DNA from: Nocardioidaceae bacterium
GTDB taxonomy: Bacteria > Actinomycetota > Actinomycetes > Propionibacteriales > Nocardioidaceae
Direction of reading: 5' to 3'
DNA length: 64,000 nucleotides
NCBI GenBank assembly: GCA_035633755.1
Contig: DASQEH010000054.1
Coordinates: 14,503 to 78,502, forward strand
In this document: piece by piece, positions 19,566 through 28,580 of the stretch
Numbering within the stretch: position 1 is the stretch's first letter
Layout of the letters: every line of letters starts with the position of its first letter
Made by a program: the position numbers and the translations under genes
Notes under the pieces: model-generated
Database searches by the model: none
Told to the model about the DNA's origin: nothing
What the model saw: only the letters and a program-made list of their open reading frames with translations

Positions 19566-20162
19566 ATGCGCGAGGCGAGCTTGACCAACCAGTCCACGCA
19601 GATGCGCGCCGCCATCGACCGGGTCGGGTACTACCCCGCTGTCGTCGCTGACGCGGTCGAAGCAGCCGTGGCCGGTGAGACGGTGTTGAGCTTCGTCATC
19701 CACCATGAGCCGACATTCGACCAGGACGAGGTCCGTCGCCATGTGACCGTGCTGGCGCTGACGCCCTCTCGGCTGATCGTCGCCCACACCGACGAGCACC
19801 CGCCGGACGACTTGCTGCCGGAACCGTACGCCTCCACCTCGACCGAGGCGGTACCTATCTCGAGCCTGGGCAGCGTCGCGGTCACCCGGATGGTGGCGAA
19901 CCCGGCGAAGGAGTCACGTCGTCGTACCACGCCTCCGGTCAGTGAAGCGGTCCTGACGGTGGGCTGGGGAGCCGTGCGGCGGGTCGACCTGGAACCGGCC
20001 ACGTGTGGTGACCCCGACTGCGTGGCCGACCACGGCTACAGCGGCATGCTGTCGGCCGAGGACTTCGCGCTCCGGATCAGCTCCAGTGCCGATGGCCCGG
20101 AGGCGGTGGACGCCCTTCTCGACTTCGCGCAGGCGTTGAGTGCCGCCACGACCTCGTCTTGA
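19566..20162 (+). CDS. DUF5998-like conserved actinobacterial protein
   Basis: AAIDRVGYYPAVVADAVEAAVAGE and the rest resemble the family usually encoded upstream of an alkaline-phosphatase-family gene. The start is uncertain (ATG 19566, or the track start at 19518). Confidence 0.65.
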   Translation: MREASLTNQSTQMRAAIDRVGYYPAVVADAVEAAVAGETVLSFVIHHEPTFDQDEVRRHVTVLALTPSRLIVAHTDEHPPDDLLPEPYASTSTEAVPISSLGSVAVTRMVANPAKESRRRTTPPVSEAVLTVGWGAVRRVDLEPATCGDPDCVADHGYSGMLSAEDFALRISSSADGPEAVDALLDFAQALSAATTSS

Positions 20163-21289
20163 CCACCTCGTCAGTGGAGGCAGTGGCTCCCCGGTACTTC
20201 GGGGGTGCCCTCAGTGATGTGTTGTCCTCAGCCCTCGCTGCGGCAGGGGCGTCCGAATGGGTCAACTCGTTCGCCATCCCTCCAGCAAGCTCCTACGTCG
20301 TCTTCCTCGTCGACGGCCTCGGCTGGAACCAGCTCCTCGCCCATCCCGAGGAAGCCCCCTACCTGACCACGCTCGCCGTGGGGTGCGAGCCCATCACCTG
20401 CGGAGTTCCGTCCACGACGGCGACCAGCTTGACCAGCCTCGGTACGGGCCTTCCGCCGGGCGCTCACGGAATGGTCGGATTCACCAGTCGCATCCCAGGC
20501 ACGAATCGCCTGCTGGATGCGCTGCGCTGGGACTGCGACGTCGATCCGCGTGAGTGGCAGCGGCATGACACCGTCTTCGCCCGAGCAGCGGCTCAAGGCA
20601 TCTCAGCGACCATCGTCAGCAAGCGGATGTTCGAAGGGTCCGGGCTCACGCTGGCAAGCCAGCGAGGTGGCCGATTCGTCGGCGCTGATTCTGTCGGTGA
20701 ACGCATCTCTGCAGTCGTGCAGGCGTGCGGGGAGCGGGGCTCGCTGACCTATGTCTACGAGGGAGAGCTGGACTCCACCGGCCACCGCAGCGGATCGCGC
20801 TCCTGGGCCTGGGACCATCAGCTCGCCATGGTGGACTCGTTCGCACTGCGCCTAAGGGAAGCCCTCCCCGAGCATGTCGGCCTTGCCATCACGGCAGACC
20901 ACGGCATGGTCGACATCTCCCCGGAGGGAAGGCTCGACATCGATGAGCATCCCGAACTGCTGGACGGCGTGTCGCTCTTCGGCGGGGAGGCGCGATTCCG
21001 TCACCTCTACTGTGACGCGGGCGCGGTCCCTGACGTGGTGGCCGGCTGGCGGTCACAGATGGGCGCGAACGCGTGGGTGGTGTCGCGCGATGAGGCCGTT
21101 GACGAAGGCTGGTTCGGCGGTGTCGACCTGCAGGTACGTCCGCGCCTCGGCGACGTGATGGTGGCCAGTCGCGGCGACGTCGCCGTCGTCTCGACCAGCC
21201 GGTTCCCCCACGAGGCGCGGCTCATCGGTCTGCACGGCTCTTTGAGCTCGGACGAGATGCTGGTGCCGCTGCTGGTCGATCCGACCTGA
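20159..21289 (+). CDS. Alkaline phosphatase / nucleotide pyrophosphatase-phosphodiesterase superfamily protein
   Basis: Metal and nucleophile region motifs VVFLVDGLGWNQL, PSTTATSLTSLGTG, TADHGMVD and HGSLS. The TTG start overlaps the upstream stop (TTGA). The start is provisional. Confidence 0.75.
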   Translation: MTTSSVEAVAPRYFGGALSDVLSSALAAAGASEWVNSFAIPPASSYVVFLVDGLGWNQLLAHPEEAPYLTTLAVGCEPITCGVPSTTATSLTSLGTGLPPGAHGMVGFTSRIPGTNRLLDALRWDCDVDPREWQRHDTVFARAAAQGISATIVSKRMFEGSGLTLASQRGGRFVGADSVGERISAVVQACGERGSLTYVYEGELDSTGHRSGSRSWAWDHQLAMVDSFALRLREALPEHVGLAITADHGMVDISPEGRLDIDEHPELLDGVSLFGGEARFRHLYCDAGAVPDVVAGWRSQMGANAWVVSRDEAVDEGWFGGVDLQVRPRLGDVMVASRGDVAVVSTSRFPHEARLIGLHGSLSSDEMLVPLLVDPT

Positions 21290-21371
21290 GGCTCGGCTCG
21301 AGCGACGAGTCAGCCCGCAGCGGTCGTGGCTGTGGCCGTGGCTGCGCGACGATTCGGGGAGGCTGCGGTGG

Positions 21372-22460
21372 TCATTCGCCGCCTTTGCCGAACATGATCT
21401 CGTCCCAGCTCGGCACGCTCGCCCGCCTCGATGAACGCCGCCGTCGCTCCGAGGCTGGCTCGACGACTGACTCCGTCGGGACCTCCGGCGTTGCGGCAGG
21501 GTGAAGCCTGCCCTCGTTGATGACGTGGGCCTCCGTCGGGGACTGGTCGTCCCGGACCTCCGAACGGACAGCGGGCTCGTCGTCCGCCGCAGCTGGTACG
21601 TCGGACGAGTCCGCCACCGCCGCAGGCTCACGGGCCTCCTCGGGAGAAGCTGCAGGAGCGAAGTCCGGCTGACTGGCAGCAGGAACGGACGTGGCCGTGC
21701 CTCGCACCTCGAGCGGGGCCTCCTGTGGCTCGCTGACGGCTCTGACGACTGCCGTCAGGTCGTCAGTCTCGTCCTCGTCGGCGAAGTCGTCAGACAGACT
21801 GAGCAGGTCGTCGTCATCGCGGACAGCGGACAGGCGACGCTCGCTGTCGCGACCACCCTCGCGCGGCTGAGGCCCCTTGCGCGTCGACTGCTTCTCTCCG
21901 GTGAGCCATTTGGCTTCGTCGTCGTCAGCGAGGGAGTAGCGCCCCACCATGTCGAAGACGAATTCGGCAGCACGCTCTCGCTCGCCGGAGTGGTACGTGG
22001 TGCGGACCGTCCAGCGGCCGTCGTCGCGCCGCCACGCGTCCCATGCCGCAGCGCTCGGCTCGATGTTGCGCGAGCGCAGCCGGTCGCCGACGACAGCGTC
22101 GAGCGTCCGAGCCGGACCGTCGGTGTTCTTGCGACGAACATGGTGGCGGCGTGCCAAGTCAGCGACATGGCGTCGTTCGGCCAGCACAGGAACGCAGTAC
22201 GACATGATTCTGTCCACCGACACCTGAGCGGCCGCGGCTACCGCCTCCGGCGAGTCACCCGCCCGGATCCGGGCTTGGATGTCACGCGGTCTGAGGGCGC
22301 TGTCCATGTCGATCTCCAACTGGCCGAGTCGGGCGCGGTCGCCGCGAAGCGCCGCGCGAAGCCGTTCGTCCGCGGAGACGGCGTACTGCGTGCCCGACTC
22401 GTCGACGAGAACGATCTGCCGACCGTCAGCGTCCAGCCCCACAAGTTCGAGCTTTCGCAT
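21372..22460 (-). CDS. sepH: Septation protein SepH (DUF3071 N-terminal domain)
   Basis: MRKLELVGLDADGRQIVLVDESG.. and the DUF3071 helix-turn-helix region, then a long acidic disordered linker and the conserved tail RRRRSSRRASVPSWDEIMFG. ATG 22460 follows GGAGGG. The track extension to 22943 is spurious. Confidence 0.85.
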   Translation of the reverse strand: MRKLELVGLDADGRQIVLVDESGTQYAVSADERLRAALRGDRARLGQLEIDMDSALRPRDIQARIRAGDSPEAVAAAAQVSVDRIMSYCVPVLAERRHVADLARRHHVRRKNTDGPARTLDAVVGDRLRSRNIEPSAAAWDAWRRDDGRWTVRTTYHSGERERAAEFVFDMVGRYSLADDDEAKWLTGEKQSTRKGPQPREGGRDSERRLSAVRDDDDLLSLSDDFADEDETDDLTAVVRAVSEPQEAPLEVRGTATSVPAASQPDFAPAASPEEAREPAAVADSSDVPAAADDEPAVRSEVRDDQSPTEAHVINEGRLHPAATPEVPTESVVEPASERRRRSSRRASVPSWDEIMFGKGGE

Positions 22461-22640
22461 CCGCCCTCCGCACTGTCTGCCTCGAGGCTGCCTCAATGTC
22501 GCGAGAGGTGTGGACCGATCATAGTCAGCGCGGTTCTCCGCTGATGCGTCGACAGTGCCACAGCCGCTTACGGGGTGCCGCCCACGCCCGGTCCCGACAC
22601 CGAACGGCGACCGCTCGGTGCGAGGTGGCAGGATCGATGC

Positions 22641-23741
22641 ATGTCCGATCTGGAGCAAACCGGTCCGTACGACGCCCTGCTCGTGGTGTCGTTCGGGGGC
22701 CCGGAGAACGTCGACGACGTGCGCCCCTTTCTCGAGAACGTCACGCGTGGACGCGGTGTGCCCCCCGAGCGCCTGGACGAGGTCGCGAAGCACTATCTCG
22801 ACGTGGGAGGGCGCAGTCCCATCAATGACCAGTGCCGGGAGTTCATTGCAGCCGTCCGCCAGGATCTGGATGCCCACGGCGTGGGACTGCCGGTGTACTG
22901 GGGCAACCGCAACTGGCATCCGTTCCTCGGCGAGACAGTGCAACAGATGGCGGCCGACGGCATCACCCGTGCGGCCGTGTTCGTGACCAGCGCCTATGCC
23001 TCGTACTCAGGCTGCCGTCAGTACCGCGAGAACCTGTTCGACGCCGTCGACGGGGTTGAGCGGTCACCCCGCCTGGACAAGCTACGTCACTACTTCAACC
23101 ACCCCGGTTTCATCGAGGCATTCGCCGACTCCACCTGCGCGGCCCTCGATCTGTTGCCCGACGAGTCGCGAGACGCGGCACGTCTGGTGTTCGTGACGCA
23201 CTCCATCCCGACGGCCATGGCCGAAACGTCCGGACCGAGCGGGGGTGCCTACGTGGACCAGCATCGGTCCGTCGCCGACCTGGTCGCCGGCGAGGTGGCA
23301 CGCCGCCGTGGGACGCCCCACCCGTGGGAGCTGGCCTTCTGCAGCCGTTCCGGACCGCCTCATGTGCCCTGGTTGGAGCCCGATGTGAACGACCATCTCG
23401 AGACCCTCGCTGGTGCGAGCACACCATCGGTCGTGGTGGTTCCCATCGGTTTCGTCTCCGACCACATGGAGGTCGTCTATGACCTCGACACAGAAGCGGC
23501 GGCCACGGCGGACAAGCTAGGCATCGACTTCGCCCGCGCGGCGGCGCCCGGCTCCCACCCCGCCTTCGTCGCGACGGTGCGCGACCTGCTCGTCGAGCGG
23601 GCGGCCGCAGAGGCCAGTGGCGGTGACTCCGTCACCCGGTCGGCCCTCGGTGACCACGGCGCGACCTGGGACTCCTGCCTCACGATGTGCTGCCCGAACC
23701 CCCGCGAGCGACGTGGCGCGCTCTGCGAGGTGGCTGCGTGA
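22641..23741 (+). CDS. hemH: Ferrochelatase (actinobacterial coproporphyrin ferrochelatase type with C-terminal Cys cluster)
   Basis: YDALLVVSFGGPE, TSAYASYSGCRQY and PIGFVSDHMEVVYDLD, plus the C-terminal WDSCLTMCCPNP..C, a probable [2Fe-2S] ligand set. ATG 22641. Confidence 0.9.
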   Translation: MSDLEQTGPYDALLVVSFGGPENVDDVRPFLENVTRGRGVPPERLDEVAKHYLDVGGRSPINDQCREFIAAVRQDLDAHGVGLPVYWGNRNWHPFLGETVQQMAADGITRAAVFVTSAYASYSGCRQYRENLFDAVDGVERSPRLDKLRHYFNHPGFIEAFADSTCAALDLLPDESRDAARLVFVTHSIPTAMAETSGPSGGAYVDQHRSVADLVAGEVARRRGTPHPWELAFCSRSGPPHVPWLEPDVNDHLETLAGASTPSVVVVPIGFVSDHMEVVYDLDTEAAATADKLGIDFARAAAPGSHPAFVATVRDLLVERAAAEASGGDSVTRSALGDHGATWDSCLTMCCPNPRERRGALCEVAA

Positions 23742-24568
23742 GCGCCGCGACGGATCTGCTGCTGCTCGCCGAAGCCACCGCACGCGAAGCTGGCTTGCTG
23801 CTCGTCGAGGGTCAGCGTGGCGGCGTCGAGGTTGCGCAGACCAAGTCCAGCCCGACGGACGTGGTGACGGCTGTCGACCTCGCGTCGGAGCAGCTCATTC
23901 GCGAGCGCATCTTTGCGGCTCGCCCCGACGACGGCTTCGTCGGTGAGGAGGACGACGACGTCGAGGGCAGTACCGGTGTGACCTGGATCGCCGACCCCAT
24001 CGACGGCACGGTGAACTACCTGTACGGCATCGAGGAGTTCGCGGTGTCCATCGCCGCGACATTCGAGGGCACCGTCGTTGCCGGCGTGGTGCACAACCCG
24101 ATGACCGACGAGACCTTCACCGCCGCTCTCGGAGAGGGCGCCCGGCTGAACGGTCGAGTGATCACCGTCGGCTCGACCATCGAGATGAGCCATGCGTTGG
24201 TGGGCACCGGGTTCAGCTACGTCGCCGAGGTCCGGGCCGCCCAGTCGGTGGAGTTCTCCCGCCTGCTGCCACGGATACGAGACATCCGCAGAGCGGGTGC
24301 TGCCGCCCTCGACTTGTGCTCGGTGGCGTGCGGGCGCTTCGACGCCTACGTCGAACGCGGACTTCAACCGTGGGACTACGCCGCCGGGAGACTCATCGTG
24401 ACGGAGGCAGGTGGCAGGGTTGAGGGCCTGCATGGCAGTGAGGCCGGCGAGCTGATCGTTACGGCAGCGTCCGCGTCGTTGTACGACGCCTTCCATGACG
24501 CGCTCATCGCGGCCGGGTACGGCGACTGGCCACTGCCGGACTGGCCGCCCCGACGCACGCCACGCTAG
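23738..24568 (+). CDS. Inositol monophosphatase family protein (SuhB/ImpA-like)
   Basis: GEE..., WIADPIDGTVNY and the WDYAAG motif. GTG 23738 overlaps the hemH stop (GTGA). Confidence 0.85.
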   Translation: MSAATDLLLLAEATAREAGLLLVEGQRGGVEVAQTKSSPTDVVTAVDLASEQLIRERIFAARPDDGFVGEEDDDVEGSTGVTWIADPIDGTVNYLYGIEEFAVSIAATFEGTVVAGVVHNPMTDETFTAALGEGARLNGRVITVGSTIEMSHALVGTGFSYVAEVRAAQSVEFSRLLPRIRDIRRAGAAALDLCSVACGRFDAYVERGLQPWDYAAGRLIVTEAGGRVEGLHGSEAGELIVTAASASLYDAFHDALIAAGYGDWPLPDWPPRRTPR

Positions 24569-24810
24569 GCCACTCTGCATCCGCAGCCTCCAGCTGGAGC
24601 CGCCCTGGTCCCGCTACGAGCCGTCATGACCGGCTGGCGAAGCCGCCCGCGTTCCGCCATGGACGGCGCCGTCATGATCGGCCGGCGGAGGCGTCCTGAT
24701 CCTGCTCACTGACGGCACGAGGGACCCGTCCCTATGCATCGGGCCGAGGGGATGGCGCGGCAGAGAAAAATAGGGCACAATCTCGCCGCCGGTGTGGGCA
24801 CAAAACGCGG

Positions 24811-24850
24811 CCTCGTGGCGTTACACTGCCACGCCCACGAGGGCGCCACG
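24811..24850 (+). promoter_or_regulatory. Mutually exclusive hairpins in the 5' leader of the DUF4193 gene
   Basis: CCTCGTGG (24811-18) pairs with CCACGAGG (24835-42). The overlapping CGTGGC(G) can instead pair with the nearby GCCACG or the downstream CGCCACG. The element sits 28-67 nt upstream of ATG 24878. Confidence 0.3.
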
Positions 24851-24877
24851 GATCACGACAACTGAGCGGACGCTGAG

Positions 24878-25177
24878 ATGGCTACAGATTACGACGCACC
24901 ACGCAAGACCGAAGAAGAGCTCAACGAGGACTCGATAGAAGAGCTGAAGGCGCGTCGGCACGACAAGAACTCAGGCAAGGTCGACGAAGACGAGGTCGAG
25001 GCGGCCGAGGCCTTCGAGCTGCCCGGAGCTGACCTGTCGCACGAAGAGCTGACGGTCCAGGTGCTGCCCCGCCAGTCCGACGAGTTCACGTGTTCCAGCT
25101 GTTTCCTGGTCCATCACCGCAGCCAGCTCGCCAGTGACAAGAACGGTCAGCTGCTCTGCTCAGACTGCGCCGCCTGA
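24878..25177 (+). CDS. DUF4193-like conserved actinobacterial protein (acidic N-terminus, C-terminal Cys4 zinc-ribbon-like)
   Basis: MATDYDAPRKTEEEL..DEFTCSSCFLVHHRSQL..LCSDC. The position matches the mycobacterial Rv2699c-type gene near dut. Confidence 0.85.
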   Translation: MATDYDAPRKTEEELNEDSIEELKARRHDKNSGKVDEDEVEAAEAFELPGADLSHEELTVQVLPRQSDEFTCSSCFLVHHRSQLASDKNGQLLCSDCAA

Positions 25178-25196
25178 CCCTTCTGATACTTCCGCG

Positions 25197-25239
25197 ACGC
25201 GGCCGCGTGATCCACCTCTAGGTGGACGGACCTGCGTCC
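25197..25239. terminator. Cluster of three hairpins between convergent genes (putative bidirectional terminator)
   Basis: ACGCGGCCGCGT is a 12-nt perfect palindrome. TCCACCT-CT-AGGTGGA and GGACG-N6-CGTCC follow. The cluster lies between the stops at 25177 (+) and 25240 (-). Confidence 0.45.
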
Positions 25240-25611
25240 CTACTTGGCGGCTGACTTCTTGAGCGCTCGCTTGTCCGCCTCGCTCGCCCCCGACATACCG
25301 GGGGGCACACTGCCGAACGACCGGATCCAGTACTGGGCAGCCCGGCGGGTGGCATAGGTACGGGCCAGTCCGAGGGCCATTCCGCTGATCGCCGCCCACA
25401 CCAACGCCTCCTTGCCGGCGATGTCAGGGTTCTCCGGGTCCGTCGGCGGCTTGTGTCCGGTGGCCGTGCGCCAGGTCGCGTCCAACGCCTTCATCGCTGC
25501 CATGCCGCTGACCAAGCCGATGCTGCGACCGATGAGCTTCCAGGTACGCCGGCCCTTGTCAGCCTGCTTCTTGGCGGCCTTCTCCTCGGCTGACATCGTC
25601 TTCTTGGCCAC
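25240..25611 (-). CDS. DUF4235-like small membrane-associated protein
   Basis: 123 aa with a basic N-terminus and two hydrophobic segments (LIGRSIGLVSGMAAMKAL, ALVWAAISGMALGLA), as in DUF4235. Confidence 0.7.
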   Translation of the reverse strand: MAKKTMSAEEKAAKKQADKGRRTWKLIGRSIGLVSGMAAMKALDATWRTATGHKPPTDPENPDIAGKEALVWAAISGMALGLARTYATRRAAQYWIRSFGSVPPGMSGASEADKRALKKSAAK

Positions 25612-25693
25612 GGAGGCTCCCTCTCTGCTGCGTACACGACCTGCTCCGGTCGGTTCCGGAGGCCAAGCGTAGGCCGCCGGTCTGGTCGGTGGC

Positions 25694-26161
25694 CTAGTCT
25701 TGCATGCTGCGCGGACGCAGGTGCAGCGCCAGATCCTTCGGGCGCCGGGTCGAGATCACCCAGTACGGCGTCGGGTCGCGCACGTCATCGACGTCCACCC
25801 TTACCGCCTCGCGGCAGTAGCTGCGGATGAGCAGATGGGCTCGCGCGTCGGCCTTCACCCCGAGCTGCTCGCGCAGCCGGCGGGCGTCCAACACCTCGGC
25901 GGCCCCGACATAAGGCCATGGCAGCACGGCCTTCCCCGCATGCAGCCCGACGTCATCGGTGGAGATCCGGACCGCGCCGTACCGGAACAGGCCTCCGCCG
26001 ACGACAGCCGCAGTGACGGCGGCCGCAATGAGCGCGACCTCCGAGGGGGCTGCCACAAAGAACGCCCACCACACGGATACGACCATCCCGGCGGCCATGG
26101 CCCACCACGACACCGGGGGACGCAACACCTCGACGTACGACTGCGGCTGCTGCACGGGCAC
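25694..26161 (-). CDS. DUF3093-like membrane protein
   Basis: Two N-terminal TM helices (WWAMAAGMVVSVWWAFFVA, ALIAAAVTAAVVGGGLF) then a PH-like region. The start is uncertain: GTG 26161 or GTG 26197. The track extension to 26371 would overlap dut. Confidence 0.65.
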   Translation of the reverse strand: MPVQQPQSYVEVLRPPVSWWAMAAGMVVSVWWAFFVAAPSEVALIAAAVTAAVVGGGLFRYGAVRISTDDVGLHAGKAVLPWPYVGAAEVLDARRLREQLGVKADARAHLLIRSYCREAVRVDVDDVRDPTPYWVISTRRPKDLALHLRPRSMQD

Positions 26162-26241
26162 AGCCTGCCACGCGGCGCCCGAGTAGGGTGTTGCGACGTG
26201 ACGAGGACGAGGGCGGCGGCCGTGGCGAGGGGTAGGAGGCG

Positions 26242-26718
26242 GTGATGGTTGAGGTGCTGATCCGGCGGACGAGTGCGGACGCTGTGGTGCCCGCGTACGC
26301 GCACCCCGGGGACGCCGGCGCAGACCTGATCTGCACCACGGACGTGACCTTGGCTCCGGGCGAGAGGGCATTGGTACCTACCGGGATCAGCATCGCCCTG
26401 CCGCCCGGGTTCGTCGCCCTGATTCATCCGCGATCAGGGCTGGCGGCGTCACACGGCCTGTCCATCGTGAACGCCCCCGGAACAGTCGACGCCGGTTACC
26501 GCGGCGAGATCAAGGTGCTGCTGGTCAACCTGGACCCGCGGGAGCCTGTCACCCTGCGCCCCGGAGACCGCATCGCCCAGCTGGTGCTGCAACGCGTGGA
26601 ACAGGCTCGCTTCGTCGAGGTCGACCGGCTCCCGGGGTCCGACCGCGGTACCGGAGGGTACGGGTCGACGGGCGGATACGTCGGATCAGCGCCGCAGCCG
26701 CAGGAGAATGCCTCGTGA
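26242..26718 (+). CDS. dut: dUTP diphosphatase
   Basis: The trimeric dUTPase motifs are present: [26 protein letters not shown] and [16 protein letters not shown] lies upstream of GTG 26242/ATG 26245. Confidence 0.95.
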   Translation: MMVEVLIRRTSADAVVPAYAHPGDAGADLICTTDVTLAPGERALVPTGISIALPPGFVALIHPRSGLAASHGLSIVNAPGTVDAGYRGEIKVLLVNLDPREPVTLRPGDRIAQLVLQRVEQARFVEVDRLPGSDRGTGGYGSTGGYVGSAPQPQENAS

Positions 26719-27389
26719 TCTTTGGTCGACGCAAGAGCAGTGACCCACAGCCCAATGACGAGGCTTCGGGCAGCGACGACGCTGTCTCGCAGGGGCCACC
26801 TGGCCGTCCTCGCGGTCCCTGGGACAGGGCCGAGACGACAGCGGACACCGACGGCGAGGGGTACCTCGATCTCGGCGGCCTGATCGTGCGGGGTGGTCCT
26901 GACGTGGAGGTCCGGCTCCAGGTGGACGAGCCGACGTCGGCCGTCCTGGCTGTCCTTCTGGCCGGTCGGGAGTCCGGACTGGAGCTGCGCGCCTTCGCCG
27001 CGCCCCGGTCGAACGGCATCTGGGAAGACGTGCGGCATGCCATCGCTGCGGAGGCCGCTCAGCGCGGCGGCACGTCGTCGGAGCTTGATGGTGAGTACGG
27101 GACCGAGCTCCAGGTTGTCGTCCCTGTGCAGCTGCCGGACGGGCGGACCGGCTCGCAGGTCAGCCGGATCGTGGGAGTTGAAGGTCCTCGCTGGCTGTTG
27201 CGAGGCACGTTCCTGGGCAAGAGCGCCGAGGAGCCCGACCCCGACGGGGCGATCGAGTCCGCCTTCCGTGACGTGATCGTGGTTCGTGGAGACGGACCTA
27301 TGAGTCCCCGCGAGCTGATCTCGCTGCGCATGCCGCAGCAGGCCCAGGTCATGCTGCCTCCGGAACCCGGCGCAGAACCCGGCAATTGA
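26715..27389 (+). CDS. DUF3710-like protein
   Basis: [17 protein letters not shown].., [14 protein letters not shown] and GPRWLLRG match the remembered DUF3710 (Rv2695-type). The GTG start overlaps the dut stop (GTGA). Confidence 0.8.
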   Translation: MIFGRRKSSDPQPNDEASGSDDAVSQGPPGRPRGPWDRAETTADTDGEGYLDLGGLIVRGGPDVEVRLQVDEPTSAVLAVLLAGRESGLELRAFAAPRSNGIWEDVRHAIAAEAAQRGGTSSELDGEYGTELQVVVPVQLPDGRTGSQVSRIVGVEGPRWLLRGTFLGKSAEEPDPDGAIESAFRDVIVVRGDGPMSPRELISLRMPQQAQVMLPPEPGAEPGN

Positions 27390-27434
27390 CCCGTCCCCCT
27401 CCCGGCCTCAGAGGTGCCGGTTACGCTGGAACGC

Positions 27435-27800
27435 ATGAGCAGTGGAAGCCGGCTGAGCCGTGCCCTGAAACGGTTGTCGGCGTCGGCGGACCAGCTTCAG
27501 GCCGACGAGCTTCAGGCGCGCAGTGGATCTGTGGGATGCCAGCAGATCCACAACTTGTCTGATCGCGAGGTCGTGACGGTCTTCGGGCACTTGAAGACCG
27601 TCTCGCTGGCTCCGCGAGCCGGCACCCCGACGCTCGAGGCGTCGCTGTACGACGGTTCGGGGTCCGTCACGCTTGTCTGGCTGGGCCGTCGCCAGATCCT
27701 CGGTATCAAACCGGGTGTCAGCCTCATCGCCTCGGGCAGGGTGTCGTGCCAGGACGGTCGGCGCATCATGTTCAACCCTCGATACGAGCTCCAGGTCTGA
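27435..27800 (+). CDS. OB-fold nucleic-acid-binding domain protein (Rv2694c-type)
   Basis: VTVFGHLKTVSLAPRAGTPTLEASLYDGSGSVTLVWLGRRQILGIKPG..ASGRV is the typical small OB-fold protein of this conserved cluster. Confidence 0.75.
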   Translation: MSSGSRLSRALKRLSASADQLQADELQARSGSVGCQQIHNLSDREVVTVFGHLKTVSLAPRAGTPTLEASLYDGSGSVTLVWLGRRQILGIKPGVSLIASGRVSCQDGRRIMFNPRYELQV

Positions 27801-27804
27801 CGAG

Positions 27805-28509
27805 GTGACCGAGGCGAGCCCGGCGGCGTCCGGCCTCCCGTCGCCGGTGCCCGTACCGGCCCCGACCACGGTCGAAGCCCTGGTCCGATCGTCGTTGTCG
27901 AAGGCGCTGGGGGGTAAGCGAGGGATGCTCGAAGGGGCCATTCCTACGCTCGGCTTCACCGTGACCTGGATCACCACGCACAACCTCCGGTTGGCGCTGG
28001 CGATATCAGTGACGCTCGCAGTGTCGCTGCTCGTCACTCGTTTGGTGCAGCGGTCCACGGTTCAGTTCGTCGTCAACTCGCTCATCGGCATCGCCATCGC
28101 CGCGGTGTTCGCTCTGCGCTCTGGTCGTGCCGAGGACGCGTTCTTGCCTGGCCTCATCTACAACGGGGTGTACGCCGTCATTCTGATCGGCTCGGTGCTC
28201 GTCCGCTGGCCCCTCGTGGGATTCATGATCGGGAGCGTCACGGGGGAGCCCACGCAGTGGCACAGCGACCGCAAGCTGGTGAGCCTGTGCTCGCGACTGA
28301 CGCTGCTTCTGGCCGCTCCGTGCGTGCTCCGCGTCCTGGTCCAGTACCCGCTCTGGGCAACCTCCGAGGCCGGGTGGCTTGGCGTGGCCAAGCTGGCCAT
28401 GGGATGGCCGTTGCAGATCGCAGCCTTGGCGTCGATGGCCTGGCTGCTCAGCCGTGATGACATGCCCGTCCAGGTCACCCCGCGATCGGACGTCGTCCGC
28501 GACGGCTGA
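27805..28509 (+). CDS. DUF3159-like integral membrane protein (Rv2693c-type)
   Basis: GTG 27805 lies 4 nt after the upstream stop. The body has about 6 TM helices and the GAIPTLGFTVTW motif. Confidence 0.75.
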   Translation: MTEASPAASGLPSPVPVPAPTTVEALVRSSLSKALGGKRGMLEGAIPTLGFTVTWITTHNLRLALAISVTLAVSLLVTRLVQRSTVQFVVNSLIGIAIAAVFALRSGRAEDAFLPGLIYNGVYAVILIGSVLVRWPLVGFMIGSVTGEPTQWHSDRKLVSLCSRLTLLLAAPCVLRVLVQYPLWATSEAGWLGVAKLAMGWPLQIAALASMAWLLSRDDMPVQVTPRSDVVRDG

Positions 28510-28580
28510 CCAGCACCATCGACCCACCGACCTGGGCCGGGGGCACCTATCTGCGCCGCGGACACGAGGACTCGGCAGCG

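Noticed and set aside
23687-23741. Apparent 55-nt overlap between the hemH and inositol-monophosphatase ORFs in the track.
   Set aside because: Starting the phosphatase at GTG 23738 resolves it to a 4-nt GTGA overlap. The upstream codons of the track ORF are out-of-family sequence.
24626-24712. 28-codon upstream ORF (MTGWRSRPRSAMDGAVMIGRRRRPDPAH) in the DUF4193 leader region.
   Set aside because: It has no SD or leaderless -10, an arginine-rich composition typical of a random GC-rich frame, and it spans the two direct-repeat copies. It is more likely non-coding.
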